From contig NC_068981.1 of assembly GCF_001194135.2 (NCBI RefSeq), positions 58,049,645-58,113,644 of the forward strand: DNA of 64,000 nt, given 5' to 3'. The position numbers and the translations under genes are program-made. The first letter of the stretch is position 1; the number at the start of each line of letters is the position of its first letter. The notes under the pieces are model-generated. The model saw nothing but the letters and a program-made list of their open reading frames with translations. It was not told the DNA's origin and made no database searches. Of this stretch, positions 11,913-26,869 are shown piece by piece. This DNA is from Octopus bimaculoides. Its lineage: Eukaryota.

Positions 11913-14900
11913 GTCTTTATGTTAACATTAACAAGGATATCTTTTCATTTCTTTCCTGATCTAGAACTGGTTGTAAATGTTCTGCAAGTACCATCTTAAA
12001 TGAAGATGGATATGTTAGACAGTGTCATTAATGATAGAAACAAAGACAGTATGATGACAGCCAGAATACCATTGATCAAATGTCTAGTTGATTTGTGGAT
12101 GTCCACAAACTGAAATAAGTTACTTCTTACATTGGCAAAGGCACGTAGTTTTAGCTAAATGAATCAAACCCAGAGCAAGAGTAATACTTATTTTATCAAA
12201 CTTGGAGAGAAAAATGAAGCAAGTAGATTGGAATGTTGAGAGTTGGAAACAAATGCTACAATCTATATAGTTTTGAGTTCAGATTCTGTCATTGACTCAA
12301 AGCAAAAAGCTTTTCTCTGGAAGGGAACAATCAATGAAATTTCTACCCCATGATACTGTTAAAGTTTCTCTTGACCAGTTGCTAGTCAACATCTTTGAGA
12401 AAAGAAAAGAAGTATGCGTTGTGGGTATCTAAGTAGAGATTGTGTGAAATCAGCCAACTCTAAAAGAGCAGAAACTACTGTAGTGGCAGTATTTAAACTT
12501 TAGTAGCAAAATTCAAAACTAAGCATTCTCTCCAAACTCTTGTACCGAGTTGCATTGATTTCAATACTCTCGTTTGTTTTTATCATATGCACTGACTCTC
12601 TTTTATATTGAATTTTATAGTTTAGAATTAATTGATGCTTGATATTGTAGTTATTTTGGTATATAGTGTTTGTTGCAGTGTTATTTTGGTGTAATGTAAA
12701 TATATCTGTAAAGAGTTAGGCATGTAGTTGCAGAGGAATGTATCTTGTAATTTAGAGTTCATAATGGCTATAAACAGTGTTCTTCAGATCTTGTAAACCT
12801 CACAGACACAGTTGCTTAATAACAACCAAACATTCACATTTTAGAAACCCAGTTCCATAGAAACAAAATGACAATAGCATCAAGCAAACCTTCCAGCACA
12901 TTATTCACCAACAACATTAGAGTGCACCATCTTAAACCACATATCACACTCTATAAAAGCAACACACATTTTGGTGAAGTTTAATGCTTTATTTTCAGTG
13001 GTGAATCTTAAAAAAAAAAATGCCATTCTGAATATGTTGCATCTTTTAATATGTATTTATTATGCATGGAAACTAGCATCTTTAACAAATTAAAATAACC
13101 TCACATCAGTAGAAAAAATATATGTTTACTATTTGAAAATACTTCAATCTAGTTAATTTAAACTCAATGACTTTATAGTTAGAGATCCAAATTTAAACTT
13201 AATTATTTGATAATAGTAACCTTATATACAGATTTTATTCAGAGATTTTTTCTTCATTATTTTAAAATGTTTGTTTAGATAATGAAGGAAAAAGAAAACA
13301 GTATGTTATTCAAATGGTAAAAGTAATTCAGTTGGTAATTGTAAATTACAGTAGAGTTTATTTTTAATTGTATTTGCTATTAAAAAAATATAGCAAAGAA
13401 CATTTTAATCTGCTTTCTATCAAGTGAATCATAGTTAATGTTTTTCTCCCTCCAAGCAGTAGCATGGTAACCTGCTACTAAACAGTTCCTAAAATGTTTC
13501 AAAGAAAAAAAAATCTAATTATCCTCTTATTGAAAAAAAAAAGAAAGTGTCAAAGACTAGAAAAAATATATATTAAAAATAGATTTCTATCAGTCAACAG
13601 ACAAAAGTGCATAAACATAAAAATAACAATACAAAATCAAGCTCAAACAACATTTTATTGAGAAAAATTGCTTTCAAAGATACAAAAATACAATGCTTTC
13701 ATCAAAGACACAATAATGTTTTATCCTTTTCCATATATATATTTTTTTGATAATTTTTTTTTTTTGGCTTAAAGATGTGATCAAGGTATAAGAAAAAATG
13801 GTTGAAAAGATAACAGAAGCACCGAGAAGGAGAATAAATCTTTAGAAATAAAGGCTGTCTGTTGAAGGTGCATACAGAGTTTGAGATGGGTAGGAACAGG
13901 AAGGCATTTTATGATGATGTTCAATGAGGGAATACAGATTGAGGCCAATGTATAAAATTACGGAGAAAATAATCCTTACAACACATCAACTGATGCTTAT
14001 AAAAATTTGGTTCATTATTTATTGTTAGAACTGGTTCTAACAAGGAAATTATGCAAGGTGTAAAACAATGGCTAGTAATTAACCTTAAAAAATTGTACAG
14101 GAGGTATAGTGTCTGACATTAGACAGGCAGTTTTAGCTTTAATTGTACTATTGTTTACAGAGTTTTCAGATGTCATGAAATGAGAATGAAGAATTTATTA
14201 TTAGAATAGATGAAAGGAACATTTGAGGAAGCATAGGGGGAAAGTAATTTAGTTAATTAAATAATGTTCTCAAATTGGAATACTGAAAATGATATTAACA
14301 TTTTTTTTTATTATTGGAGATAAAAGAATAATAACCAAGAGAACAGTGATAATTAGTTTTTAATAAATATAATTCTGGATATGTGCATTTGTGTACATAT
14401 GCATGTGTGGGAGATACATGTGCTATGAATGATATTTTGAATAATTTATAGGTCACCTTTTTTATTTCAAAAACTTAACTCACTGTAATAGTGGATTTTA
14501 TACTAAAATGTGGGAAAATTAGAAATCAAAGAACTTATTAATAAAATTGCTGCTGTACAATTGAATAATTTTGAAATTAAACATTTATTACTCTTAACCT
14601 AAATTTTATTTCACCGTATCTACCAATGTCTCTTGCACAAGCAGCAAAGGAGGTTAACAGTAAGGGTTTTATTTTATTTTTCTACTGCATATATTCTAGT
14701 TCAATATCTGTTTAATGTCCCGATACATTCTAGCTCTATTTATTATTTGTAAATGACATTTATTTCAAGTGTGTGTGTGTGGAGTGGGTACAGAGGTCTA
14801 GTTGATTAAATTGACCTCAGTATAGATTGGTATTTACTTAATCAGCCTTAAGGAGCTGAAAGGTAAAATTGACTTTGGCAGAATATAAATTTTGTGAAAC

Positions 14901-15399
14901 AAATAAAAATTCTTTTACTTTAGCACTTCTGTTCATCAACTCCACTGCCTATAATTAAATTAATAATTATATTTGTAGTAGCAGTAAACTCTCACATTTT
15001 GCTAACAAAAGCAAAATGTTGCAATGCATATCAACTGAGAAGTTAATGTATATACTATAAAAAGAGCTTCAGAAAGGTTTAGATTGTCAAAATTCTAGAA
15101 CATATTGTTTAAGCGGATCAAATGTAAACCATAGATTTGACAAGAAAAATGTACACCTATTCACAAAAGAACTAGATTTCATTCTAATATTCAATGAATC
15201 TTTGAACTTTAAAACAGATATTAGCTAAAAATTTAAAATTTTTTAGTAAATTGGAATTGCTAGAAAGCCTTTCTTTTTCATGATAGAACACTCATTAGAT
15301 AAAACAAAGTCAGTTGTCAAACGCTGCCTGGGATTTCAGTATGTAGACATGGAGTCCATATGTGTGGGGATATAGATATAAATTAGACAAGATGATAAA

Positions 15400-16300
15400 T
15401 AGCTTCAGTATGTTAATGGATGAAGGTGGGTTTTTCCCCAAATTTGTCATAATTATAATTGAGACAAAAATACTAGAAATGGATCTAAATAAGCATTTTT
15501 TAATGAAATGACATATGTAGGTATCAAAAATTACTTTAGTTTAAATGCATAATAAACAAAGTCTAAAGTAACTGGTGGTGGTCTGCATTGACAAAACTTT
15601 TGAAATGAAGTACATGACTTTGAATAAGTTTATGTCATGGGCAGAGGTGGGAATATATCATTTCAGGGCTGACATTTCATTTGATACAAAATTAATTTAT
15701 CAACTAGTTGGAAAATTTATTTTCTCACAAATGAATGGTCAGTCCTGAGATGTTAGATTCCTCTTCCCCTTTGACAATACAGACATATCCAAAACCATGT
15801 TCTTTGCGTTAAATAATCGACCCTACAAAGTGAAGGTCAAAATATAAGTGAACAGAATCGAAAGTTTGACTTAGCACAAGGAAATTTAACAGGAGAACAT
15901 AGGAAAAAGTGATAGAAATTGATATGGAAGCTATTTAAAGAATATATTGCAATTGCTACTAGGAAATAATGAAGGACTTACATAAGTTAGAGATATTCTT
16001 TTTGAGCAATTGGTAAGGCTAAAAAATACTGCTAGTAAGTTCAAAGAATTATGAGGTTTTATGATATTGAGTTAAGAAGACATGAATAAAATTGTGTATC
16101 ATTACTTGTGTGCATAGCCACCTTGGTTATGTAAAATATATCTATAAAGCTCAAAAGTAAGTTCATTGAAATCAGATAATCTTGTCATGGACTAGAGGTC
16201 TAAGATGTAAATATAATCAATGTCATAGAGTATAATGTGGGAAAGGCAATTCCGGATCATTGCTACTGCATGATAAAGTGTTTTGTATAGATTTTACAAA
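15400..16300 (+). mobile_element. Possible very old LINE APE-endonuclease remnant
   Basis: Only scattered motifs: IIETKILEMD, GGGL, PDHC (SDH-like); many stops. Confidence 0.3.
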
Positions 16301-17754
16301 GAGAGTTTCAAGATGGAATGGAAAATGTATATTTGAATGAGACAGTCAAAATACAAGTTATGCAAAAAGTTTTGAGGAACAATCTAGTAACAACACAAGT
16401 GGCACAGAGAAGATATATAAATGAATAATATATCAGATATAGTTTTTAAAGATGAGTTTACCTTCCGAGTAGCTATATTAATACCATCTTAAAATAAACT
16501 TAGTGATATTTTCATAGATATTAGAGTAGTTGTCCTTACAGAATCTATTACAAAAAACTATGTCAGTTAAGACTGAAATAGAAAATACTTTCATTAATTG
16601 CTCTATACATGATTGAAAAAGTTTCTATTGTAATTTAATTAGTATACAAAATATATGCTTCTGGGTTAATGTAGTGGTGCAGATTCATAAATTATTAAAC
16701 TGCAGAATGTTATCCCTAGAGATCATGGCAGGTTGAATTTCAATTATTGTACTTAAATTAGAGTTCAAAAGTATATGAAGTTCTCTTTGTATGTTGTTTA
16801 TAGTTACTATATAAATGTAGACTAACATGAAGAGAAATCCATATTCTACTAAGGAAAATAGCTGCTGACATTTAACAGTTACAGAACATACGAATGTGCC
16901 GATTGCAGTTATGATTTATTATTAGATTCAATATGTTACACAAACTTAAAATATACAAGAAATTCATTGCATTCCAGTAATTTCTTTTTTATTTTCATCT
17001 GAGATATGAATGAAATATTTTTAATGTCTTTGAGTGTATGTGTGTAATATTTTTAGAGAAGAGAACAAAAATATATTTTATCAAAATATCTAAATACAAC
17101 TTTTCGGATGTAATATATTTCCGATTTAAGGTTAACTAATAAAACTAAATTTTATAAAACACAAGAAAAATAATAGCTCCAGTATCAAGGAAACTTAACC
17201 CTTATCAAAGAATAATTTCCTAAAAGTATGTTAAATGTTTATTATAATAAAATAGTTTGCAAAGTATGTTATAGTTATTTTCACATGCACACATTTAAGT
17301 TGTGAACTTCATAAACATTGGATAAACATGGAACATACTATGATAAGAAATTATGATCAATAAAGGTTAAGAAGTAGCATTCTTATTCAAATATTTTTAA
17401 ATTAGATAAAAAATTTTATCTCAATTTGTAAAGTGCGAGTTTTGAAGGTAAGTTAAAATAAGGTAGCTAAAGAAACAAAAAGAAGAAAATAACATGGAAT
17501 TCAAAAATATTAAATCAAAGCTAAGAACGAATCATAAATTCTTACTGAAAGAAAGCTATCAAATGACTGTACCTCAGATAGTTACAATCAATACAGAAAC
17601 CAACCCACCTGAGATTGCCTCTGTTCCTGACATAGGACTGTTCATTTTACTATGTGAACTTATAATGTTCATATTCCATTATAATTTTATGCTACATTCC
17701 AGGCACCAACTTAATAATGATAAAGTTTGTTATTTTACTACAGCCATCCAAGTT

Positions 17755-18040
17755 CTTGATTTGGTCTTGGGTTCAGTTCCACTGTGTAGCACTTTGGACA
17801 ACTGTCTTCTACTATAGCCATGGGCTGACCAAAGCTTTGTAACTGAGTTTGTTAGACTGAAAGACACCCATCATATATATATATATCTGTGTGTATTTTT
17901 GACAACTGATGTTGGTTTACATCCCTATTTCTTAATAATTTCAGGGAAAAGTACCAAACTTATAGATAAGTACCAAGGACAATTTATTTGACTAAACCCT
18001 AATATGGCCACAGTCCAATGACTGAAACAAGTAAAAGATA
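17755..18040 (+). mobile_element. SINE with CORE-like domain
   Basis: gggttcagttccactgtgtagcactttggacaactgtcttctactatagccatgggctgaccaaagc...ccacagtccaatgactgaaacaagtaaaaga. Confidence 0.75.
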
Positions 18041-19749
18041 AAAAATGTATAGAGATAAAAATATGGTTATGAAAGAGTTAAGAGGTAAATGATAGGACAA
18101 CAGATTTAATAAATGTATAAAACAAATCATTTTTGAAGGCTGCGTGTATAGGGAATTTGTAAAAGAAGCAAAGGAAATATGTTAGAGAGATAAAATTACA
18201 GTATTGTTGAGATCAACAGTGGCAAAAGAGATATTAATAATAATTCATAATCTGGTTTGTATGGGAATGTAAGACTAACATAACATGTATGAAAGTTATA
18301 GAAATTAAGAAGTTTTTATACAGTGATTTTGTTTTTTTAAATACATTAGTAAGTTTTCTTTTACTATGACATTATGATAAAGTGTTCTGCAAAACAAAAA
18401 AGAAAATATATAAGGTTGAAAGGTACAGGTAAATATAACCAGCTCCATAGAACCACCTTGCTGTAGAACCTGAATTTTTTGCAAGATGGTGCAAGAATAG
18501 AAATATGTCTGTGGTTCATGTAGCAAGTATATCAATGTCTCACAGTCTTAGCCATATGGCTCTTACAATGAGGATCAGCGGGTCAGGTGGACTGGCTTAC
18601 AGATCTATTTTGACACAAAATAATAACTTCAAAGTGAACCTCAATATATAAGGTGTCTAGCAGCTCACTGCAACAAACATGAGATACCTATCATTTTGAG
18701 AACAGTTATCAGGACTTCAATTCTATGATGAAGCTTGCACAGCTTCAATACCTCAAACAGCTCAGTGTGCAGTCTCATCCCATTATCTGCATAAAGTCCT
18801 TTGTTGATGGAAAGCTCACAATAGGATCAGGCTCAGGACATTGGTTGGAAATTGTCATACAATATAATACATAGCATGGACTAAATGGTCATTGAATGCT
18901 GTCCTCAGAGCAAAGACATCTTCCAGTCTTACCTATGTGGTAAACAACTTTATTTAAGGGTAGCACATATAAAGAGACCTAGTAAATGTGGGCTAAAAGA
19001 ATGCTTGCTCCGATTTCATATGACGCAGAAGCTGATCTCAATTAGTCATCTCTTTCTGCAGTCCTGAAACTATGGAAGCCAGATAAATTGCAGTGGTTAC
19101 ACTACTTTTTAAATGGTGAACTAATCTACCAGAAATTCATGGTGTTAACAATACAATCAAGAACCTAATTTTTCACACCCTCCCTGATACCCCTGTAGGA
19201 ATAAATGAATGTATAACAACACTGAATATTCTTATGTCCAAGAACCAAGTTTATAACTATCATTAGTCTTTAGGAATCAACCTTAAGTACCAACCGAAAG
19301 GTAAAAGATAAGTTTTACAGAGCCAACTTTGAAAACTCATTCAATTCAATTCAAGAAGTAAACAAAGGGTTAGTAAAATGATCTAAAATGGCCTGTGTTT
19401 GCTCACTTTCTACTCAGAGAGTAAATTGTATATCACAAACATTTTATCAAGTATATATGTACAAAACATTGTGGAGGCAGATTGATATAAGAAGTGATCA
19501 TCTTTTGGTTACATTATTATTTGATAAAGGGACTTTTAGGACAGTCTAATGATTTATCCCATGTAGAGGGCTCGATGCTTGATGGATTATCAGATATGTT
19601 AAAAATGTGCATTTCTGTTCATTCTACATTCAGCACATGGAACACTTTAATACTGCTTCATTAGCTAATCAAAATATTAGTCAAATCAAGTCAAAACATT
19701 ACCTATTGTGGTCTTTGAATTTCCTTTCTTAACCTTTTCCATCATTCTT

Positions 19750-20700
19750 GATTTTGGGCTGTTTTTATACAATCTGATGTTCTTATTCCAGATCATATCT
19801 GAATATCATTGAACTACTCTCTTCTTTTGTCATCTTCTCCTTTTGCCATCTATTTTTCCAGACATGATTATATTTGCAAGCAACCTAGTCATTCTACTAT
19901 TGTGACTGAAATACTGCATTTTTCTTTGTCATGTTATTTCTGCGAGTCTTTCTCTTTATCTAATCAATGCATTAAGTTATTCTAAGACTAACTGGTTAGT
20001 CTGAGATTCCTGTTAAGTAATGCCAACAGTTCCAAATGCATCTCATCTTGAATACTGACAATTTCCTCATCATCATCATTTAGCATCTATTTTTCATGCT
20101 GGCATGGGTTCTCCATGCTATTTGAGCATGTCTATGTTTCCCATCCATACAAAACAATTGCACTTATCATAGATTGTATTAGCCATAGCTTGTTACTCAT
20201 TGTAATGTTTTTCTGTTCCAGATCTTTGATCTTTGCTAATTGTTCTATTTCAATTCACGTCTGTATCTCAGTTCTTTCATCCCCATAACCCAAATTCTCC
20301 TCACCATATTTCTTGAATGAATATCTAATATCGTAATATCAAATAATTCACTTTTAGGACAGGCTAACAGATCAACATTGTCTGGAAATCTTACGGTTGT
20401 GATTAATCTTCTGCCAATCCTGTGCCTTCAGAATCTTCTTGGGCACCAGTCAGGATTTGTTCAAGAAATATGTTGAAAAGTCCTGGTTATAATGGGCAGC
20501 AACTTTGTCTCACTTCAACATTTGCTTCATTATTGCATTATTTCCTTGTCTTCCAGAACTGCACCAAGTACTTTTCTTGCATAGTTGTCTCAGTATTCCA
20601 TTCAATTACTATAAAATGTCACACTTTTACAGTGCTCCTCTCCAGACCTTGGTTTTCATTTCAATTATCTGTTTTACAAGCATTGAAATCTTTCTAGAAC
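19750..20700 (-). mobile_element. Decayed RTE-clade LINE RT fragment
   Basis: Minus-strand pieces VEVRQSCCPL*PGLFNIFLEQILTGAQEDSEG (GVRQGCxLSPxLFNIFLE motif) and KLWLIQSMISAIVLYGWET. Confidence 0.55.
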
Positions 20701-21149
20701 CCTGCAAGAAGGGTTTAACGGAAATCAAGATGGAAACAGACATACCAAATTGTCAAAGATGGGATAAATAGAGAAATAGTTTTATTGAAGACAAAAATAA
20801 TAACATGCTGATATATAGAACATGAACTGAGGAAAGATGGACAATATATGAAAGGACTATATTAGTATTCCATTAGAAGAGATTTAACATTATGTACACT
20901 CTGGGATAAGAAAGACCAGATGAAGGTTTAGTGCCATATATTCTTAAAAGTAAAATAGTGGGGAAGCAATAAAACATTTGAAAAACCAACAAAACAATAA
21001 TAGGTTGTAAACTATCCTAGCAAAATATTACTAGAGTACTAAATTATCTAAAATTGCATGCACAAAGGATAATTGCTGAAAAAAGAAGCAGGATTCTAAT
21101 AATGTGTTACAAAATACAACTTCTCAAAATTAATATGGTGGAAAATCTT

Positions 21150-23060
21150 AATACTCCAGAACTTGTACCAAATGTTGATATAGAGAACATGTTACAAAAT
21201 GAAATTGACAGACTATGTCACAGGTAACCCAATCACTAATAAAGAATGAGTTCTACAATATGCTTAAAACAGTAAATGGACCTTAGCTGTGCACAGTTGA
21301 CTTGATACACTCTTATAATGAACAAATCTTAATAAAAAACGAGGGGTAAATTCTTGAATGATGAGGTGAGCACTTCTGTTTCCTACTCAATCTAGGGTAA
21401 TTCTACCAACAATCTACAGGTAAAAAAACTCCTTGAAATTGTCTTTGATCCAATACTAAATGAAATACAGACAGCAATTCAAAACCTGGAAAACTGAAAA
21501 TTCCCCGACACATAATATTCCAAATGAAATTTACAAATATGGCAGTGTAAGTTTAGTAACCAGAATTAATGAAATTATTATTATATGTTAAAAGAACTCT
21601 ATAATTCTTTTATGTTGGAAATGCACTAGCAGTGTCACTATATAAGAGAGAGCTGATATTAGAAATAGTCAAGATATATCTCTTTTTTTGATGTGGCAGA
21701 AAAAAATCTTGGAATCAGAGGGGAAAATTTTTCAACAATTTGTTCAGAGATTTTCCAAAGTTTCACTGTAAATTTTGAGTCAAAACACAGCTGATATATT
21801 CATTTCTTGTCTCTTTGTCATGAATCATTGAAAATGACAACGAGATATGTACTTTGCCTTTATAAATTTTAACCAAAGCTTCTCATTTTCAACAGATATA
21901 TTTTGTGATGTGTTTTACAGGGATGTGGTTATCCACCAAAATTCCTCTGACTTCTATGACAGTTCCAAGAAAGGATGCGAACTTGGATAATACTTGAAAG
22001 AATCCAAAACATTTGATGCTAATGTTAGAGTCAAGCAAGTTTGTGTTCTTGTCTCTGTGCCCTTCAACATGTTTATAATTCATTGCCACTCTTCTCACAA
22101 GTAGATATCAATTCAGTTGATGGGATTCAAATTTGTCATTGTTCAGATGGTGTTTTTAGTAATCTTCGTAGACTTAAAGTAAGGTTCAAAACACTATTTG
22201 AACTCCAGTATGTGGGTGATTCAGCTGCTGTTCCATATCAGCCACAATTGCTTTGGAATAGTATAATATCAGCATCAAATGCTTACCAATGTGTAAGAAT
22301 TAAAAATTAATTGTGAAAAAGAAAAAAGAAAAAAAAACTGAAGTCAGTGCTGCAAGTACCTGAGGAAAAACAAATTCTGTGCATTGCTCATTGATGATAC
22401 TTTGCTTCAAAATGCACATCACTTCACTTGGAAGTATCATTGTCAGTTTGGAAACATGTGTATGAGGAAATTCAAAACTCCAAGCTTTCTTCCTCAGCAT
22501 TATAAAAGAAGTATTTTATAGTCAGGACCTCTGACTGCACACAACGCTGGGAATATATAGAGTAGTTTACATTTTAATTGTTTTGAGTGGCTGTGAAACT
22601 TGGACTCTATCACTGATTTATTTTACATCCACTCCCTCCAATACATTTTGGGCTAATATGGAGGGACGAGATCTCTTACAGGCAATCTTGAAAACAATTC
22701 TATGCGTTGTAAACACGAGGTACAAAGCGCACACTAAAAAAGCAATGAAGGCATGCTGCAAACCTCTTGCCCAGTTGGAGTGACTCACAAATGAATGATT
22801 GTCTCAGTATGGAATCACTTCAGAGTGTGTCTCCCACTTTAAGAAGGATGTATGAGCTCAAGGGATAAAAAAAATAATGTCACCAATGACAACATTAAGA
22901 CAAGGAATCAAGAACAATCTCATTTGTCGAATATCTAATCATTGACAACAGGATTAGCTTTATAATCATTTGTCATGTGACAAGTCATCAACAAAGAAGA
23001 AAAGGAAACATCATTATGTGTCAAGATGGACTATTCAAGGATATGATGAATAGTTTATAA
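21150..23060 (+). mobile_element. Decayed RTE/BovB-like LINE ORF2 (RT to 3' end)
   Basis: Pieces in order: NEIQTAIQNLEN*KFP..IPNEIYKYG; GYPPKFL; RVKQVCVL..PFNMF; SDGVFSNLRRLKVRFKTLFELQYVGDSA (degenerate FADD); IYRVVYILIVLSGCETWTL. Confidence 0.7.
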
Positions 23061-24169
23061 ACAAAGAAAAGTTAATAGTAGAGAATGTTTGATAAACCCA
23101 TGTGTATGACAATAAAAGAAGAAAGCTAGATTGTCTTGGAATTCAGTCAAAGGTTTGAATAAGTAAATGCTTATCAAGATGCTAAATCTCACTGCATATG
23201 CAGAAGAGGTATGGGTTAAAGTGTATATGGGGGGGGGGGGGATAGTGTATTTACAGAGAGGTTCAAAGTGCACAGCTTGTATATGATTTGATCTGGCTGA
23301 TCAAGATGTAAACTTAAAACCCTGCAAAAAAATTGATTTTTCAATAATAAAAATTACCTTGATAAGTAAACTTATTAATTTGAAACCAAATTTATTGCTA
23401 AAAATAGAAAGAAAATGCCACTTTAAGTGGCCAAGAAAATATTAAAGATTTCTGAAATTTCTAAATAGCTAGCAACGTGTATATTAATAAAGTAAGATAG
23501 TTTTTTCAGTTAATGCTGATTACAATTCACACAGCAGGAATAAATATAAGGTAGTTTGAAGAAACATGGTAGATGAGTAACAACTAAATGATAGAAAATA
23601 TGAGAAATTCAAAGCTATATAACTCTAGACTACATAGTTCAGATAGTTTGAATTAGCATTTAGGCCTCAGAGGATATTTTTAACTGCTCTCCATTGAATA
23701 AGAAAGTGTAAATATATATAAAGATGGATAAAATGTATAAATTGCAAAAAAATTTACTATTATGGTAAATTAAATTATATCTTTTGCACATACATACATA
23801 CACGTGTGTGTGTTTGTAATGTGCATGTGTACAGGCACATACTAAAACCTAACTATATACATTTCTCCTTTTTAATGACATTATTTAATCAAGTAAGCTA
23901 TTTAAATATCTGATTTTGTTTACTAGAATAGCATTTTTTAAAGCAATTTCATATAGCTTAGCCATCTTGGAAAATGCCTACATCCAACACAGCTAAAGAT
24001 TCCAATGGCTCAGCAAACTCATTCTCAGGTATAAATGTAACATCATGCAGTAAGAACTTTGTCAATCACTCACTGGTTATCTATTTAAAGCTGTAAATAG
24101 CTGTAGTAGATCTACACTTACAGTTTTCATCTCAAGTCCTGAACCCTCATCTTGTCCAGAATATTAGTT

Positions 24170-24383
24170 GTGCTGGTACCACATTAAAAGCACTGGTGCT
24201 GGTGCCATACTAAAATTACTCAGTACACACTGTAAAGTGGTTGGTTTTAGGAAGGACATTGAGCCATAGAAACCATGCCAAAACAGACAATGGAACCTGG
24301 TGCAGCCCCTGCATTACCAGCTCCTGTTAAACTGTTCAACTCATGCCAGCATGAAAAATGGACATTAAATGATAATGATGATG
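24170..24383 (+). mobile_element. SINE / RTE-type tail
   Basis: gtggttggttttaggaaggacattgagccatagaaaccatgcc...ggacattaaatgataatgatgatg. Confidence 0.7.
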
Positions 24384-24384
24384 G

Positions 24385-24690
24385 ATGCTATTCAGAGACA
24401 TACCTTCCATCAGTCACCTAACATATCTTAAACATCTTGCATCTCAGGGCATTGACACACTAAAGCTTCAATATCTAGCAGCTGACTTAGTAAAACCTGC
24501 AAGATTCCCCACCATCTTTTCCAATAATTTTGATTACAGTTTTGAATTCAACATCTGCCATACATGCTTATAAAATCCCACTCAGAATTGTCAAAGTATG
24601 GAATATACTACCTACATTTGTTCTTAACTGTCAGGACACTACATCCTTAAAAAATTCCATACTTTCTGAAATTTGCCAACATTAACCTTG
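24385..24690 (+). mobile_element. Possible decayed CR1-type LINE 3' end
   Basis: GIDTLKLQYLAADL (xLELRRLxxDL-like) and RIVKVWNIL (RVVxxWNxLP-like). Confidence 0.4.
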
Positions 24691-25359
24691 ATGTGTTGGT
24701 GCACTCTTTATGACTCTTTTACTGTTCACCTCTGATGTTTTGTGTTTTATATTATGTAGAAGGCATGTAATTTTTGGTTATTATTGTTGCTTTCTGTCCT
24801 CTCTTTTTATCCTTTTCTGACAACTTGTAGTGCACTTGAGCATTGTATATAACACACTCATTATTATTAAACAATAATACATATATTACATCAGTATATA
24901 CTAAAATATTAATGAATATTATTGCATCAATAATTACAAAAACAGAAACAAGTTTATTATAGTAAATAGAACAGATATTATGTCTAATAAAAAAACAAAC
25001 CACATAGACAATGTTTATATGAACCAAAAATCATCTAGACTACATAACAGATAAACATAAAAAGACTTCAAAAAACAGAACATGACAAACATTAAATCTC
25101 ATCTCAAACTAGCATTAATAATATATTACAAAAATAGGAAATTTAAATGTCTTTTCATTAACAACAAACCTGCAAGCCACTAAGTAAAACTTCAAATAAC
25201 CATATGGAACCATTAAAGTTGGACAACCAAATAACATACTTTATTGCTGTCTGACTATGCATCTATGACAAAGTACTGGTTTAATATCTTATCTCACACA
25301 ACAACAAAAAAAACAAGGTAGATAGGAAAAAAACAGAACCAAAGAGAGAAGGCTCCAAA

Positions 25360-25690
25360 TAATTTTCCAGCCTGCTAGAAATAGCTGCCAAATACCCTTC
25401 AAATTGCACCCTTGTCTTAAAGAATACAAGATATGTTGGATACAGTAGTACTAGATATATTATCTAAAAATAAGATGGTAAAGTTATGACAAGATCATTG
25501 CTGATCATAAGTCACTCAATCAGGTCTGACCTGGGTTTAACACTAGCATTTAAGCCAGCTATATCTGACCCATATATTCTAACTGTTTTATCTTCAAACT
25601 GGCCAGATCTGGCCTCTCACCCCTATGCTACAATGTCATTCTAAAAATAAACAGTCACATCATTGAAATCTCAAAACTTCAAAGCATTAC
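25360..25690 (-). mobile_element. Interspersed repeat with the gctgctatttctagcagg motif, joined to a tagcatttaagcc...-type MITE-like segment
   Basis: cctgctagaaatagctgccaaatacc. Other copies of the first motif: 27340-27530, 43310-43385, 50735-50922, 54167-54366, 61985-62170. Confidence 0.6.
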
Positions 25691-26104
25691 ATTTGACAGT
25701 AATAAGAATGTTAAAAAATTAAACGACAATAGATGAAAAAAAAAAAACAACAACAACAACAAATATTCTTACATTTTACTGATCAGCTGCAAAACTGTAG
25801 ACATGGAAACTATATTAACAACTAAATATCATAGAAAACATAATTGATGCAGCATCTTAGTAACAAACTAATGCCAGGAATACAGATAGATGAGATGGAT
25901 TTGTTGGGAAGTGGAGCCTGGTTCTTGTTGGATAGCACAGAAGTGAATTAGTAACTCTAGGTGAGGTACTGAGTAGGGCACCCCAATGCACTACAGGACA
26001 GCTAAGTAGAGATTTACAGTACTTAAATGGCTGAAACATTGGTGAGGTCTAATGTACTGCATATAATGTTCCAGTATTGGCAGTGAGATACTTTGCAGTT
26101 AATA

Positions 26105-26156
26105 TTCTTTCTTTCTATCTGTCTGTCTTTGTCTCTCCCCCTCTTTCTGTTTCTCA

Positions 26157-26203
<47 letters not shown>
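26105..26203. repeat. Compound (TC)n(CA)n(TA)n microsatellite
   Basis: Seen directly. Confidence 0.9.
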
Positions 26204-26204
<1 letters not shown>

Positions 26205-26541
26205 ATCAAAAAGTAAAATTTACAACCACTTAAAAGTGGTTGTTGTTAGCAATATTTACTATGAGAGAAACTCTCATATGGTTTTGAGGTGCATATAAGC
26301 ACACTTGTTTTACTGCTAGTGGGAAACAATCACTGCCAGGACTAACAGATCACATGATTTTGGCCTTCTAAATGGTAGATACCTGACTACTGGAAATAGA
26401 AGTAACCATCCTGCTAGCAATATATGTAGGATCACAGTGCCAATCAAGCACTGGTGTTGCTAAAAAATAATTAAAGCTACAAAGTAATATTAATACCAAA
26501 TAATTAAAGCTACAAAAGTAATTAAAGCTACAAAAAAAAAG

Positions 26542-26869
26542 TTAAAGCTACAAAAGTAATATTAATACCAAAAGGTAACATTTTTATCACCACTTGTGTT
26601 AGATATTGTGTTAGAACACACAATACTGTGATATTTGCCATGAGAGAAGGCCAGGAAAAAAAGGCTGAAATCACATGATGTGGTAGCAGCAATGGCAGTG
26701 ATTGTCTCCTGCTAGCAGTATAAATAAGAGTGCTTATATGTACCACAAAATCATGAGAGATTCTCTGATGGCAAATATTGCAGTATTCTGTGTTCTAACA
26801 CAGCATCTACTTTTAACTGGTGATAAATTTTACCATTTGGTATTAATACCATTTCTGTTGCTTTAATTA
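26542..26869. mobile_element. Foldback MITE with ~108-bp imperfect terminal inverted repeats
   Basis: 26542-26648 is the reverse complement of 26761-26869 (ttaaagc..tattaataccaaa.ggtaa..tttatcacca..gtgttagaacac.aatactg..atatttgccat.agagaa). Confidence 0.75.

Noticed and set aside
18530-19070. Possible further RTE 3' fragment (a similar weak trace is at 38500-38850)
   Set aside because: Similarity too weak to support by eye.
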